Assembly: GCA_964016885.1 (NCBI GenBank)
Contig: OZ024743.1
Location: forward strand, 293,694,001-293,758,000
DNA: 64,000 bases
Direction: 5' to 3'
DNA from: Eledone cirrhosa
Taxonomy: Eukaryota
Below the pieces are notes generated by a model. The model did no database searches. It was not told where the DNA came from and was given only the letters and a program-made list of their open reading frames with translations. A program made the translations under genes and the position numbers. Below are positions 12,401 to 23,410 of the stretch, piece by piece; position 1 is the stretch's first letter; each line of letters starts with the position of its first letter.

Positions 12401-13180
12401 TCATTGTTCAATTCATCTACCACTAAGTTTAGGATATCAACCAAATATTGTCCTAGCCCGTCACCATTCATCTCCTCAGTGGCCGTATCTCTGTTCCAGG
12501 TATTATTTATCTCAGCATTCAGATCATTGTCTGCTTCGGGTGGTTCCTCCGTTCTCTCGATCTCTTCACCTTCATTTCCCACTGGTTCGTTTTCCTGGCA
12601 TACTCCACTCTCCATCTCCAAGCTAATCTCTCTGCTCAGTTCCTCCAGTTCCAGCTCGCTTTTCCACCCGTTAGTTCTTATTACCCGAGCCTGCCCGGCC
12701 AATTTTTGTTCATCTAATTTAAATAGACCAATCTCGTTCCAGATGTTATGCATCTGTTTCCTATAGCCTTTCTCCTTGGGGTTACTCTTCAGGTAACATT
12801 GCATAACAGTTCTATTCAATTCTTTCGTCCAGTTGGTTCTGGTCCCTTTCCTTCTTCATCTTCCTCCGACACCAGCAGTATTTGGTTGACAGCCAGGTCC
12901 CTGCTGCTGAGCCAGGGAGCACCTGTTGGGGAGAGTCTGTCACATGACATTCTAGTCTCCATTTCACCGTTATTCGAACTGTTTAGGTTCGACATTTAAA
13001 CACTCTTATCGAGGATTGGCGAATGTATGGTTACATAACCACCGGTGAATTACTTGTCTCCGGTGGTTTCGTCACTCCACGTGACTTTTGTGTGGCATTA
13101 TCACGTTGTAGACGAACCCAAATAAACAAAAAAACAAACAGGCAGAAAAAACCCCCAAAATGAATAAGCATAAGTTTCAT
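9497..13180 (-). mobile_element. R4/Dong-like RLE non-LTR retrotransposon, older mutated copy, tail-to-tail with Tx1 copy 2 and sharing the same (ATT/AAT)n tract
   Basis: Homologous over its length to the intact copy at 50338-54006, including the 5' end ATGAAACTTATGCTTATTCA and 3' end ATGACTGAG..TCAA. Confidence 0.92.
9571..12962 (-). pseudogene. RT (FMDD) + CCHC finger + restriction-like endonuclease (RHD, RPD..D) ORF; 1-bp deletion near 12930 and premature TAG at 10120
   Basis: ORFs 10120-12819 and 9571-10113 align to the 1130-aa ORF at 50540-53932. Confidence 0.92.
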
Positions 13181-13309
13181 TGTAATGTAGTATTTGAATG
13201 TCTGACTTAGTTTTTCCCTTCCCTTCTCTGTCCGTCCGTTTGTTTTTCTCTTCATTTTTATTTCCTTTACGTTTCTCGTTGTTGCTGTGCTGCTTTGATT
13301 ATTATTTTT

Positions 13310-14191
13310 ATTTATTTTTTTTATTTTGACCGGGTCATCAATTCAGTCTATTTATATATTTTGATGCCTTCCTCTTTTAGTGAGAATTCTACAATGTAGC
13401 AGGGGCTAGCGGGAGAGAATAGCGGCGGTAGTGACAATGAGGTAGCGGCGGCGGCGGCGGTCGCGGTGCTGTGTCAGCAGCAACTAGCAGGAGGTAGTGG
13501 GAGAGAATAGCGGCGGTAGCGATAATGAGGCAGTGGCGGTGGCGATGTGGTCGTATTACTGTAGCGATGGTGTTGAAGATGGAGTAGAAATTTGAGTCGA
13601 CTTGACCAGAGTTTTCATCGTGGCAGTGGTGGTGGTATTGGTGGTGAAATTATCTTTAGTGAAATTATCATTAGTCGCGTATATGTGTTGACATATTACA
13701 TTAATATTGGATTTAAACATTTTGTTAAAACTAAAACTTGATTTTTATTTTATTTTTTTTTATTTTGACCGGTTCATCAATTCAGTCTATTTATATATTT
13801 TGATGTTTTCCTCTTTTAGTGGGAATTCTACAATGTAGCAGGGGGTAGCGGGAGAGAATAGCGGCGGTAGTGATATTGAGGCAGCGGCGGCGGTGGAGGT
13901 GGCGGTGCTGTGCTAGCAGCAACTAGCAGGAGGTAGTGGGAGAGAAATGCGGCGGTAGCGATAATGAGGCAGCGGTGGTGGTGATGTGGTCGTATTACTG
14001 TAGTTATGGTGTTGAAGTTGGAGTAGAAATAGAAGTAGAAATTTGAGTCGACTTGACCAGAGTTTTCATCGTGGTAGTGGTGGTGGTATTGGTGGTGAAA
14101 TTATCTTTAGTGAAATTATCGTTAGTCGCGTATATGTGTTGACATATTATCTTAATATTGGAATTAAACATTTTGTTAAAACTAAAACTTG
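13310..14191. repeat. Two-copy tandem duplication, unit ~440 bp, rich in GGC/GGT/GTA triplets
   Basis: TTATTTTGACCGG..TCATCAATTCAGTC at ~13321 and ~13760; both units end in TTTTGTTAAAACTAAAACTTG. Confidence 0.85.
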
Positions 14192-14632
14192 AGGCAATAG
14201 TAATTGTAATTATTATTATTATGTTGAGATTGGTGGTGGTGGTGGTGAAATTGCCGTTATCTGGCTTTTGTGTTTAGTGTACACAGAGGGGTGATGGAGT
14301 AGGTGGTGTATCTAGTTTCTGATGTTGGTAAAATTGCTGTTATTTGGCTTTTCTATATAGTGTAGACAGAGGGGGATTTCTTCCATTTATAACCATTTTC
14401 TTTTTTTAATATAAAATGTATAATACAAAATTGAATATTTGAGCGATATAACAATATATTATGGATCCGAATCTTTTGGGACTCAAGCCGGATGTTTTAT
14501 GCAACATTTGTACTAAGAATTGTTATTTCACAATTGATTTAAATATGTTAAAAAATCAAAACTTACGGGAGCGATTTCTCGACCTTCTATCCACCATGTG
14601 TGTCTTCTTCCCTTTATATCTTCTTCCCTATA

Positions 14633-14729
<97 letters not shown>
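14633..14729. repeat. Compound microsatellite (ATT)n(AGT)n
   Basis: Read directly from the sequence. Confidence 0.95.
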
Positions 14730-14906
14730 TGTTTATATTTTTGGCACAAGGCCAGCAATTACCCAGTACATTATTTCATCGAACCCGTAAGAATGAAAGG
14801 CAAAGTTAACCTCGGAGAGATTTGAACTCAGACCATAAAGGGACGTAACTCTATGCTTCAAAGCATGGCGTCCGACTCTCTACCGATACTGTCAATCCAC
14901 CGCCCT
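14730..14906 (-). mobile_element. tRNA-derived SINE, family A
   Basis: Minus strand has an A-box-like TGACAGTATCGGTAG, a B-box GAGTTCAAATC and a GCCTTTCAT..GGG.TCGAT core; further copies at 34211, 35481, 40629 and 42508. Confidence 0.8.
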
Positions 14907-14944
14907 AGTAGTGGTAGGTAGTAATAGTAGTATATATATATACA

Positions 14945-14992
<48 letters not shown>

Positions 14993-15007
14993 GGTGTGTG
15001 TGTGTGC

Positions 15008-15205
15008 ATCCCGGGTTCAATCGGGAGTAACCACAGTAAGTAAGGTACTCAATACATAACAAGGTATAAATATTTAATACCTAATATAGAAATGGGTTCT
15101 ACAGGACTAGAACTGTTTCATTCGTAGGAAATCATCAAGAGAGCCCTGATGATTTCCTTCGAATGAAACAGTGTCTAGTCCTGTAGAAGCCATTTCTATA
15201 TTAAA
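15008..15205. mobile_element. Fold-back element (arms ~15082-15140 and ~15146-15203) with a hammerhead-like core CTGATGA..GAAACAG..CTGTA; putative Penelope pLTR remnant
   Basis: Inverted repeat is visible; core at 15146-15185; flanked by TA/TG microsatellites. Confidence 0.6.
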
Positions 15206-15299
15206 TATATATATATATACATACACACGCGCGCGCACGCACGCACACACACATATATAAATGTCACGTGGGACGTTTGAATTTTCGAACTTACGGGCG

Positions 15300-15955
15300 C
15301 ACCGAAAACGATGAATGGAATAAACGATACGAAATTTTATTTCTCACTTTTAGTACGGCTTTTACTTAAATATAAGTATGTATACGTACATACATATATG
15401 TATACAGATGTACAGTAGTATGTATATATTTACATACATGCACACATATATACATGTACATATGGGTTTACCGAACATTTATTACAATGCTCGGTTTGTT
15501 TGTAAACAAAGAGCCCAAATTAAGCCGTACAGTGTTTAGCAACCATCGTTGCTCTTTTGTTCAACACTGACGAAGGAACGATTTACTAGTTTCAAGCTTA
15601 TTAGCTGTCGTCAGCCTAGTATACCTTCCTGCCAGATGATTGAACGTCTGAAAGTATATACTTTCCTTATGCATATTAACAGCTGAGCTGCCTAATTTGC
15701 ATATCGAGATTTCGGGCTGTTTGTTTACAAATAAAGCGAGTATTATAATAAATGTTCGGTAAACCCATACGTCCATGTATATATGTGTGCATGTATGTAT
15801 ATATATACATACTACTGTACGTCTGTATACATATATGTATGTACGTATAGATACTTATATTTAAGTAACAGCCGTACTAAGAGTGAGAAATGAAATTTCG
15901 TTTCATTTTTTCCATTTATCGTTTTCGGTTCGCCCGGCCGACTAACTCACTCGAT
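15300..15955. mobile_element. Fold-back non-coding element with a minus-strand hammerhead core at ~15580-15615; same family as 46610-47497
   Basis: Arms ~15300-15520 and ~15708-15935 are reverse complements; the sequence matches 46610-47497. Confidence 0.7.
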
Positions 15956-16211
15956 ACAAACAGGAAAAGTCATAGGAAGGGAATAATGGAGACCTTTTGT
16001 TTTATTGGATGAGATGAGCATGAGGTAACGAGAGTGGCTCTGTCGTAGTAGGAGGTAGCGCTATCGAATATATACCTTTTTCTGGAAAGGGTAATGAAGG
16101 AAAGGCTGATGAAACTCCAGAGTAACAAAACGCACCAGGAAGCCATAATAGAGAATGTGCTATATATATATATATATATACACACATATATATATACACA
16201 CACACACACCC

Positions 16212-16264
<53 letters not shown>

Positions 16265-16269
<5 letters not shown>

Positions 16270-16702
16270 ATATTAAATAAATGGAAACTATATTTATAAA
16301 ACCATATTTATTCTATTATATATATTTCAAGGGTATCAAAACAACTTTGGTACGCTTTCATCAGATAAAATACAAAGAGTATTTTATAAATGTTGACATA
16401 GCCATGGAAAATCATACCTTATCTGTTGAATATACCCAATGAATATTCAACTGATAAAGTATGATTTTCCTTGGCTATGTCAAAATTTATAAAACACTCT
16501 TTGTATTTTATCTGATGAAAGCGTAGAAAAGTTTTTTTGATACCCTTGAAATATATATGATAGAATAAATATGGTTTTATAAATATAGTTTCCATTTATT
16601 TAATATCATTGAATATTTACTCCAAGAAAGCTGTCGAGTGCTCTGAATCAGTTAAAAACATTTATATTGGTTGGATTTCCAACAAATTAAATACCCCTTC
16701 TA

Positions 16703-16705
<3 letters not shown>
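16265..16705. mobile_element. Fold-back element (arms 16265-16433 and 16442-16612) between (TA)n arrays, with a degenerate CTGATGA..GAAA core
   Basis: ~170-bp inverted repeat with a short loop; ends CCCCTTCTACT-(TA)n. Confidence 0.65.
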
Positions 16706-16763
<58 letters not shown>

Positions 16764-16849
16764 CAAATTGTTTTATCGCTCTACATAGCTGAATACAATA
16801 AAAATGGCGTAGACAGTTCAATACATACAATACAGCAGGAGAAACATGT

Positions 16850-16892
16850 ATCACTGATGATGTTGCAGATGTGCAACGAAAGAACTTTGTTA
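16850..16892 (+). ncRNA. Minimal type I hammerhead ribozyme-like motif
   Basis: CTGATGA-t-GTTGCA gatg TGCAAC-GAAA-gaac-TT; stem II is perfect, stem I is imperfect. Confidence 0.55.
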
Positions 16893-17128
16893 GATTATAT
16901 ATATGTATTTCAATCTGTATTTTTGACCGTTGGTCAGTCAGTAATAAACATTGATGGCCAGATGAATTAACTATGGAGATATAAAAGATACAGAAGCGAA
17001 AACCAACCAAACAGTGAGTGTGTTCTGTTATTATATAATTACAACAATATGACCCTCCCCAAGTATAACAATATTTGTTTCGACACACGATTTCATATCA
17101 AAAACCTTGCAAAACAAATTCAGCGCCG

Positions 17129-17188
<60 letters not shown>

Positions 17189-17329
17189 GACGGCTATTTC
17201 TGGACTAGTCGAAACGGCTTGAGCTCTGCCGTCGGGGTCATACTTTCTCCTATTACCCACTCTACTACCCTAAGTATTGAGTACTCTGGTGCGTTACGGT
17301 CCATCTGGTTCCTTACCACAACACCTTCG

Positions 17330-17375
<46 letters not shown>

Positions 17376-17828
17376 AGCATATATATATATATATATAGCA
17401 TATATATAGCAAATAATGAGGGTACTCAACATTGGAGGTTACGTTGTAGCACTACGTGGTTAAACCGGTTTAAGCAGTTCAAAAGCACTCCACCTCAGTT
17501 GTGTATCCCGAGGGAATTGTTTCGTATATATATATATATACGAAACAATTATATATATATATTATATATACATATATATTATATATATATGTTTGTGTAT
17601 GTGCGTGTGTATATAAAACATTACACGTATATAAATACAAAAGTAAAACAACATTTTTCCATTAGTCCATGCACACATATTTACTTACATGCATGTACAC
17701 TTACATACAAACATATGCAAATAACATTGACATCATATGCAGAGGCACACACATGCACACATGCAGATATATATATATATATATAGACACGCGCGTAAGC
17801 ACACACACACACATATATATACTTATAA

Positions 17829-17878
<50 letters not shown>

Positions 17879-17964
17879 CAAATATGTAACATCTGTGTAT
17901 GTATATATATATATACATAGTATATAATGAGGTTACTCAACATTGGAGGTTACGTTGTAGCACT

Positions 17965-18049
17965 ATATATTTAAAACATATATGTATATGTATACATATA
18001 TGTATATATATATGTATATATATGTATATATATATATATTTATAATATA

Positions 18050-18126
<77 letters not shown>

Positions 18127-18138
18127 CATATGTATATG

Positions 18139-18199
<61 letters not shown>

Positions 18200-18238
18200 C
18201 ATATATATGTGTTATATATATGTTACACACACACACCC

Positions 18239-18271
<33 letters not shown>

Positions 18272-18279
18272 CCAATTTT

Positions 18280-18326
<47 letters not shown>

Positions 18327-18455
18327 TATACATATATATATATATATTATAAATATATATATATATACATATATATACATATGTATACATATATATACAT
18401 ATACATATGTTTTAAATATATATATATATATACATACGCATATGTTACATATATG

Positions 18456-18540
<85 letters not shown>
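17965..18540. repeat. Long compound (TA)n/(TG)n/(CA)n microsatellite
   Basis: Read directly from the sequence. Confidence 0.95.
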
Positions 18541-18543
<3 letters not shown>

Positions 18544-20180
18544 TCAGTGGGATATTTGCTGCTTAGTTTTAAGTCAGTCCACTGCACTGAACCTGTCTTC
18601 TACATTCTCATCCATTGTCGTATGCCACCTGGTGCTTCATTGTTCAACAAACTATTCACTTGCTGAACTTTTGCCATTTTTTTCCCTCCAAGACCAGGGA
18701 ATTTCACAGCAACATTCTTTACTGACAGACAACTAAAATATTTCGTAAACAGTAAAATATTACATCATTCTTTCAAAGTATGTAATTTGTACACACAAAC
18801 ACGCATATATATATATATATACATATGTACATACATACATATATACATACATACATACATGTAGATATGTATGTATGCATACATGCATATATATATATGC
18901 ATACATCCATACATTCATACATATGTACATATATACCTATGTATATATACAGACATATATATACACATATACAGACACACAATCACATTCACAGCTCAAT
19001 TTCCTATTATACCATACGTAAACCCTGACTGTCTAGCACAGATCTCATGCTACAATGAATTAGCAATGTCACCAAAAAATTATCTAAATTTTAAATCTAT
19101 TTTTCTTCAGCAACATAACATTTCACAATAATTATTAGGTGAATCATTCACCGCCAATTCACCAATAAATCTAGTTACGTGGGTATATTTCAGAGATGAA
19201 GCAAAATTCCAGCATTGATAGAGTAGTAGTCTTTATTTTATTGTCTAGTCAGCTAGGGAAGGACATTAACCATCATTTTTTTCAAGGTCTTCGGGACCAA
19301 TTGTATAAAGAGATCAATATATAGATAGATAGAGAGGGGGTGGGGTAGAGAGACCAGAAATGTAATGAAAATGATTTGAAAGGTGTGTGGGCTCCGCTAA
19401 ACCACCAAAGAGACAGCTATTGTTCTTAAACCGAACGACCTCCACAAAGTCGGAATCACGGCGGCTCGCTTAAGGAGGGAGTCCCGTGAGGTAGGGTAGC
19501 TTTTTCAGTGGGGGTCTGGCCATTCTCCGCGTTTAAGCTTGTGCTGTTCTTTCCGTGCGGTGCGGCTGTGGCACCGCTCAGACTGGAGGGTAGTGACTGT
19601 CCCCACTCTCTGTTTCTTTCGTTGTTTGATCCTTCTTTCATTTTCTCTTTTTTTTCCTTTTCTGTTCCCTTTAATAGTGTGTAAACAATGCATGTCGTAC
19701 AACACTCTTAGAATTCCACCAACCAACGGACCCGAACCAGTATTTCATCAATCCTAAAAGGATGGAAGCCAAAGTTTACCTCACCAGCTTTTGAACAAAT
19801 ACCGCCACACAATCTGAACTACACTCTAATGACTGCCAATTCGCTGCTAGTTGCTAATATCAAGAAGAGAAATGGGAATGGTTTGGAGAGTGGATTTTGT
19901 ATTGCGTGGACTGCACGTTTCAGAATAAAGTTTCAATGAAGTGTGATCTGGGCAGTAGGGTTGAGAGAGATATTTTCATTTCACAGATATAAGGCGCTGC
20001 CTTTTAACAAGAGGTGATGATTAGGTTCTGTGTTAAATCGATGGTCACTGATATTACCAATATCCAATTGAATGAGCATGATAGGCGTTCATGTATTTGC
20101 ATAATATATTTAATTATACCTGGTTATAATGGAAATTAATTACAACTTGTAATATAACCAGGTATAATTAAATGAATTTA

Positions 20181-20520
20181 TACGAGAGCTGTATCAAAAG
20201 TAAGGGTACTGGTTTTCCTTTGTATGACATGTATGCGCAGCACCTCGTTGGTGTATATAAGCATGTTGGTTCTGACCTTGCCTGCACGTACATACTTGTT
20301 TCAACATGATCGATTGGGCCAGTCGTATTTAAATCTTCTGAAGATATGTACCAAGTAAATTGATATCCGATACGTAGAGGTGAAACAAATTAACATTTTA
20401 AGTCAAAATGAAGTGACTGGGATACAGAGGAAGCTATACACAGAAGTGTGGATCGTAAGAACGTGACTTAAAAAAAAGAAGAAACATAGAAATGCTTGTA
20501 TAATGAAACAGTTTTAAGGA
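20181..20520 (+). mobile_element. Possible degenerate mariner 5' end
   Basis: TACGAGAGCTGTATCAAAAGT resembles mariner TIR starts; no matching right end seen. Confidence 0.3.
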
Positions 20521-20859
20521 ATATTGTATAAATGCGATTTTGAAAAATCCCTTGTTTACATATATATATATATAAATCCAGGTTTGCTCCCCTCCGGACA
20601 CTGTTTGGGGTCGTTAGGATACGCAATCTTTGTCTCAATCCCATGCCTCCCAGGACAGGTCGAAGGCCCCTCAACAGTGTTTGCAGCATGACGTTTAAAA
20701 TGTAGGAGACTGACAAAGCTTGTCTTAGAAATAGGTCCTTCTTCTTGCACTTGCAGTACAAACAGGCCCGAAGAATCACAGCAGAGACAGTAAAAGCGTC
20801 CAAAGTGAAGACATGTGAGGGCTTGGGGTTTAAGCTGGAATCCGACATCAGAATAGCAA

Positions 20860-22445
20860 ATAAAGTGGTCTGGTAGACCAGAACATGCTAACGAGAACGC
20901 GTCTGAGGCTTTACTCTTTTCAGAGAGGTGCATCATCGCGAGGTGGAGAGGATACTTTGTTGATCTCCTAAGCCCGATCACAACATGTTCGAGTGTACAC
21001 GAGGTGCATCTGGGAGCAGTGAGTAACCTCTCAGAGACTGAGGTCACAAATGCAGTTAAAGAGCTCAAATGTGGCAAGGCGGTTTTAGAAGATGAAATGC
21101 GGCTGAGATGTTAAAAACCTTAAATAGAGAAGGTATTATCTGGCTGAGTCGTGTGTGTTGGGTGACCCAGATATCTGAAAAGGCACCTAGGCAATGGCAA
21201 TTTTTAAAAAGGGAGACAAGAGAGATTGACCTAATTACAGAGGGATCTCCTTTTTAAGCCTACCCAGTAAAGTCTACGCTAAGTGTCTGGCAAAGAGATG
21301 CAGGGAGATTGTTGTGTCCAAGCTAGCTTATGAATAGTGCGGTTTTCGCCAGGACGCAGCGCAGCCGGCCAACCATTCACACAACAGCAGGTCTTCGAGA
21401 AATCGTGGGAGTATTGCCAAGAAATATATTCTTGTTTTGTCGACCTTGAAAACGCACATGACCGCGTTCCTCGGGACCTGCTGTGGAAGGTTGTGCAGGA
21501 GTATGGAATCGATGCTCAGCTTCTTGCGGCTTTGATCTCTATATGAAGGCCCGAGTATATGCGTTCGGATACATTGTACTAGATCGAAACCATTCAATGT
21601 GGGGTTGGACACCGCCAAGGGTGCGTACTATCAACTCTCCTCTTCATTATTTACATGAACAGGATTGAGATGCGCAGCCGGTTTGGAAGTGGTATCATGA
21701 CTGGCGGATGTAAAATCAGTCGACTGAAATTTTCAGACGATATGGTGTTACTTAACTCGACAGAAGGGGATCTCTGACATGCACTCGATAGGTTTGATGA
21801 CGAGTGTTGCATAGCTGGAATAAAAATCAGTGCTCCCAAAACTGAGACATTCGTCCTCTCAAGAAAGCCTGCGCAGTGCACTCTGTATGTGAATGAAGTT
21901 CCGCTGAAGCAAGTAGAGAAGTTCAAGTATCTCGGGTTCGAGTTCATGAGTGATGGAAGGAACGAGGCTAAATTAAGTGGAAGAACGACAGGAGCTTGTG
22001 CAGCAATCCGCCAGCTTCAGCATTCAGTAATCAGAAGAAGGGAGGTAGGCGAAAAAAGCCAAATTCGCTATCTTCAATTCAATATTCGTGCCCACCCTTA
22101 CCTATGATCATGAATCTTGGGGAATGACCGAAATAATAGGATCACGAATACAAGCGGCCGAAATGGGGTTCCTCCAAAGGGTCTTCGGAGTAACATTCTC
22201 GATAGAGTGCATAGGGCGGAGATCAGAGTGTCATTCCTACTAAAGCAGCTACTTCTCCGAATTGAGAGATCAGTTCCGATACTATGGGCATGTGGTTAGA
22301 ATGACTTAGGAAAGAAACGGTGGAGAGATTTTACGGGCGAAACCAGCCGGTAGCAAATTCAGGAGTAATCTCTGAGCAAGATTGTTGGATAACATCCATG
22401 AGCTGGGCTGGTCTCGCTTGGGAATCCAGCCGGATCAGTTGGAAA
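20860..22445 (+). pseudogene. Degenerate RTE-clade LINE reverse transcriptase region
   Basis: Broken frames with NYRGIS-like, QQVFEKSWEY..CFVDLENAHDRVPR, RQGCVLS, FSDD and QVEKFKYLG motifs. Confidence 0.8.
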
Positions 22446-22464
22446 CTGATATATATATATATAT

Positions 22465-22771
22465 ATTAATTTCTGCTTGACCGGCAACCGCTCTGTATAA
22501 TCAGTTCCTGATTATTTACTAGAATTCTATAAGAAAATAACATCCGTAATTTCAGCGAACGGGAGGGGTACTTGGATTTGATAAGCATCAATAAATGCAG
22601 AAACAAGGCCTTGTCAGCTTTATCTCCCCTTGTTTGCTGAAAGTAAGTGAGACTGTCACTACTCTAAAACAATAGGATACGGTCTTCAAAATGCTTTTAA
22701 TTAAGCATGAAGTGTATTGCAAAATACACTATATATACATTCATATATATATGGCTATTTCAGAGCACCAA

Positions 22772-22780
<9 letters not shown>
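22465..22780 (+). mobile_element. (TA)n-flanked non-coding element with a variant hammerhead-like fold; second copy at 26001-26300
   Basis: Colinear with 26050-26298; TTGATAA-GCAT..ATGC-aGAAAC AAGGCCTT GTC. Confidence 0.6.
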
Positions 22781-22845
<65 letters not shown>

Positions 22846-22970
22846 GGAGGTGAGTTTTATTGTAGTACAATAAAGCAATGCAGATATCGGATAAGAAGCA
22901 CTCTACAGTTTGTAGGACTGGAGTATACATAATATATAAGAACAAAAGATGGTTAAAGGAGTTCCATGTA

Positions 22971-23037
22971 TTTTATTATGCGCATTTCAAAAACAAATAT
23001 CATCATGCAATAATATTTGTGTTTTCATCAGATAAAA
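22971..23037 (-). ncRNA. Type I hammerhead ribozyme motif inside a (TA)n-flanked element (22842-23105)
   Basis: Minus strand: TTTTAT-CTGATGA-long stem II-GAAA-TGCGCA-TA-ATAAAA; 6-bp stem I, palindromic stem III. Confidence 0.7.
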
Positions 23038-23100
23038 CAGGAGGCCATGATATGAAGGCTAAAAAACTCTTGTGGATAGTTCAGTTTTAAATCAACATAT

Positions 23101-23170
<70 letters not shown>

Positions 23171-23278
23171 TATGTGTGTGAAGGCTCATTGTTTAGTGGT
23201 AAGTTGTGAGCTTGATTCCCAGACCGAGTATGCGTTATCTCCAATTTAGTCATATAAATATAAATATATCTATATACA

Positions 23279-23299
23279 TGTGTGTGTGTGTGTGTGTGT

Positions 23300-23364
<65 letters not shown>

Positions 23365-23410
23365 GGTGTGTGTGTTGGTGTGTGTTGGTGCGTGTGTGTG
23401 AGTGAGTGTC
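23279..23410. repeat. (TG)n microsatellite
   Basis: Read directly from the sequence. Confidence 0.95.

Noticed and set aside
16105-16135. CTGATGA at ~16106 and at ~62825 as further hammerheads
   Set aside because: No properly placed GAAA with stem III and stem I pairing
17075-19131. Many ORFs of poly-(IY), (CV) and (TH) here and at 22717-23452, 44004-45098 and 62173-62620
   Set aside because: Translations of (TA)n, (TG)n and (CA)n microsatellites, which lack stop codons
19330-19720. GC-rich then pyrimidine-rich segment resembling a LINE 3' UTR
   Set aside because: No coding remnant or second copy in the window to support an assignment
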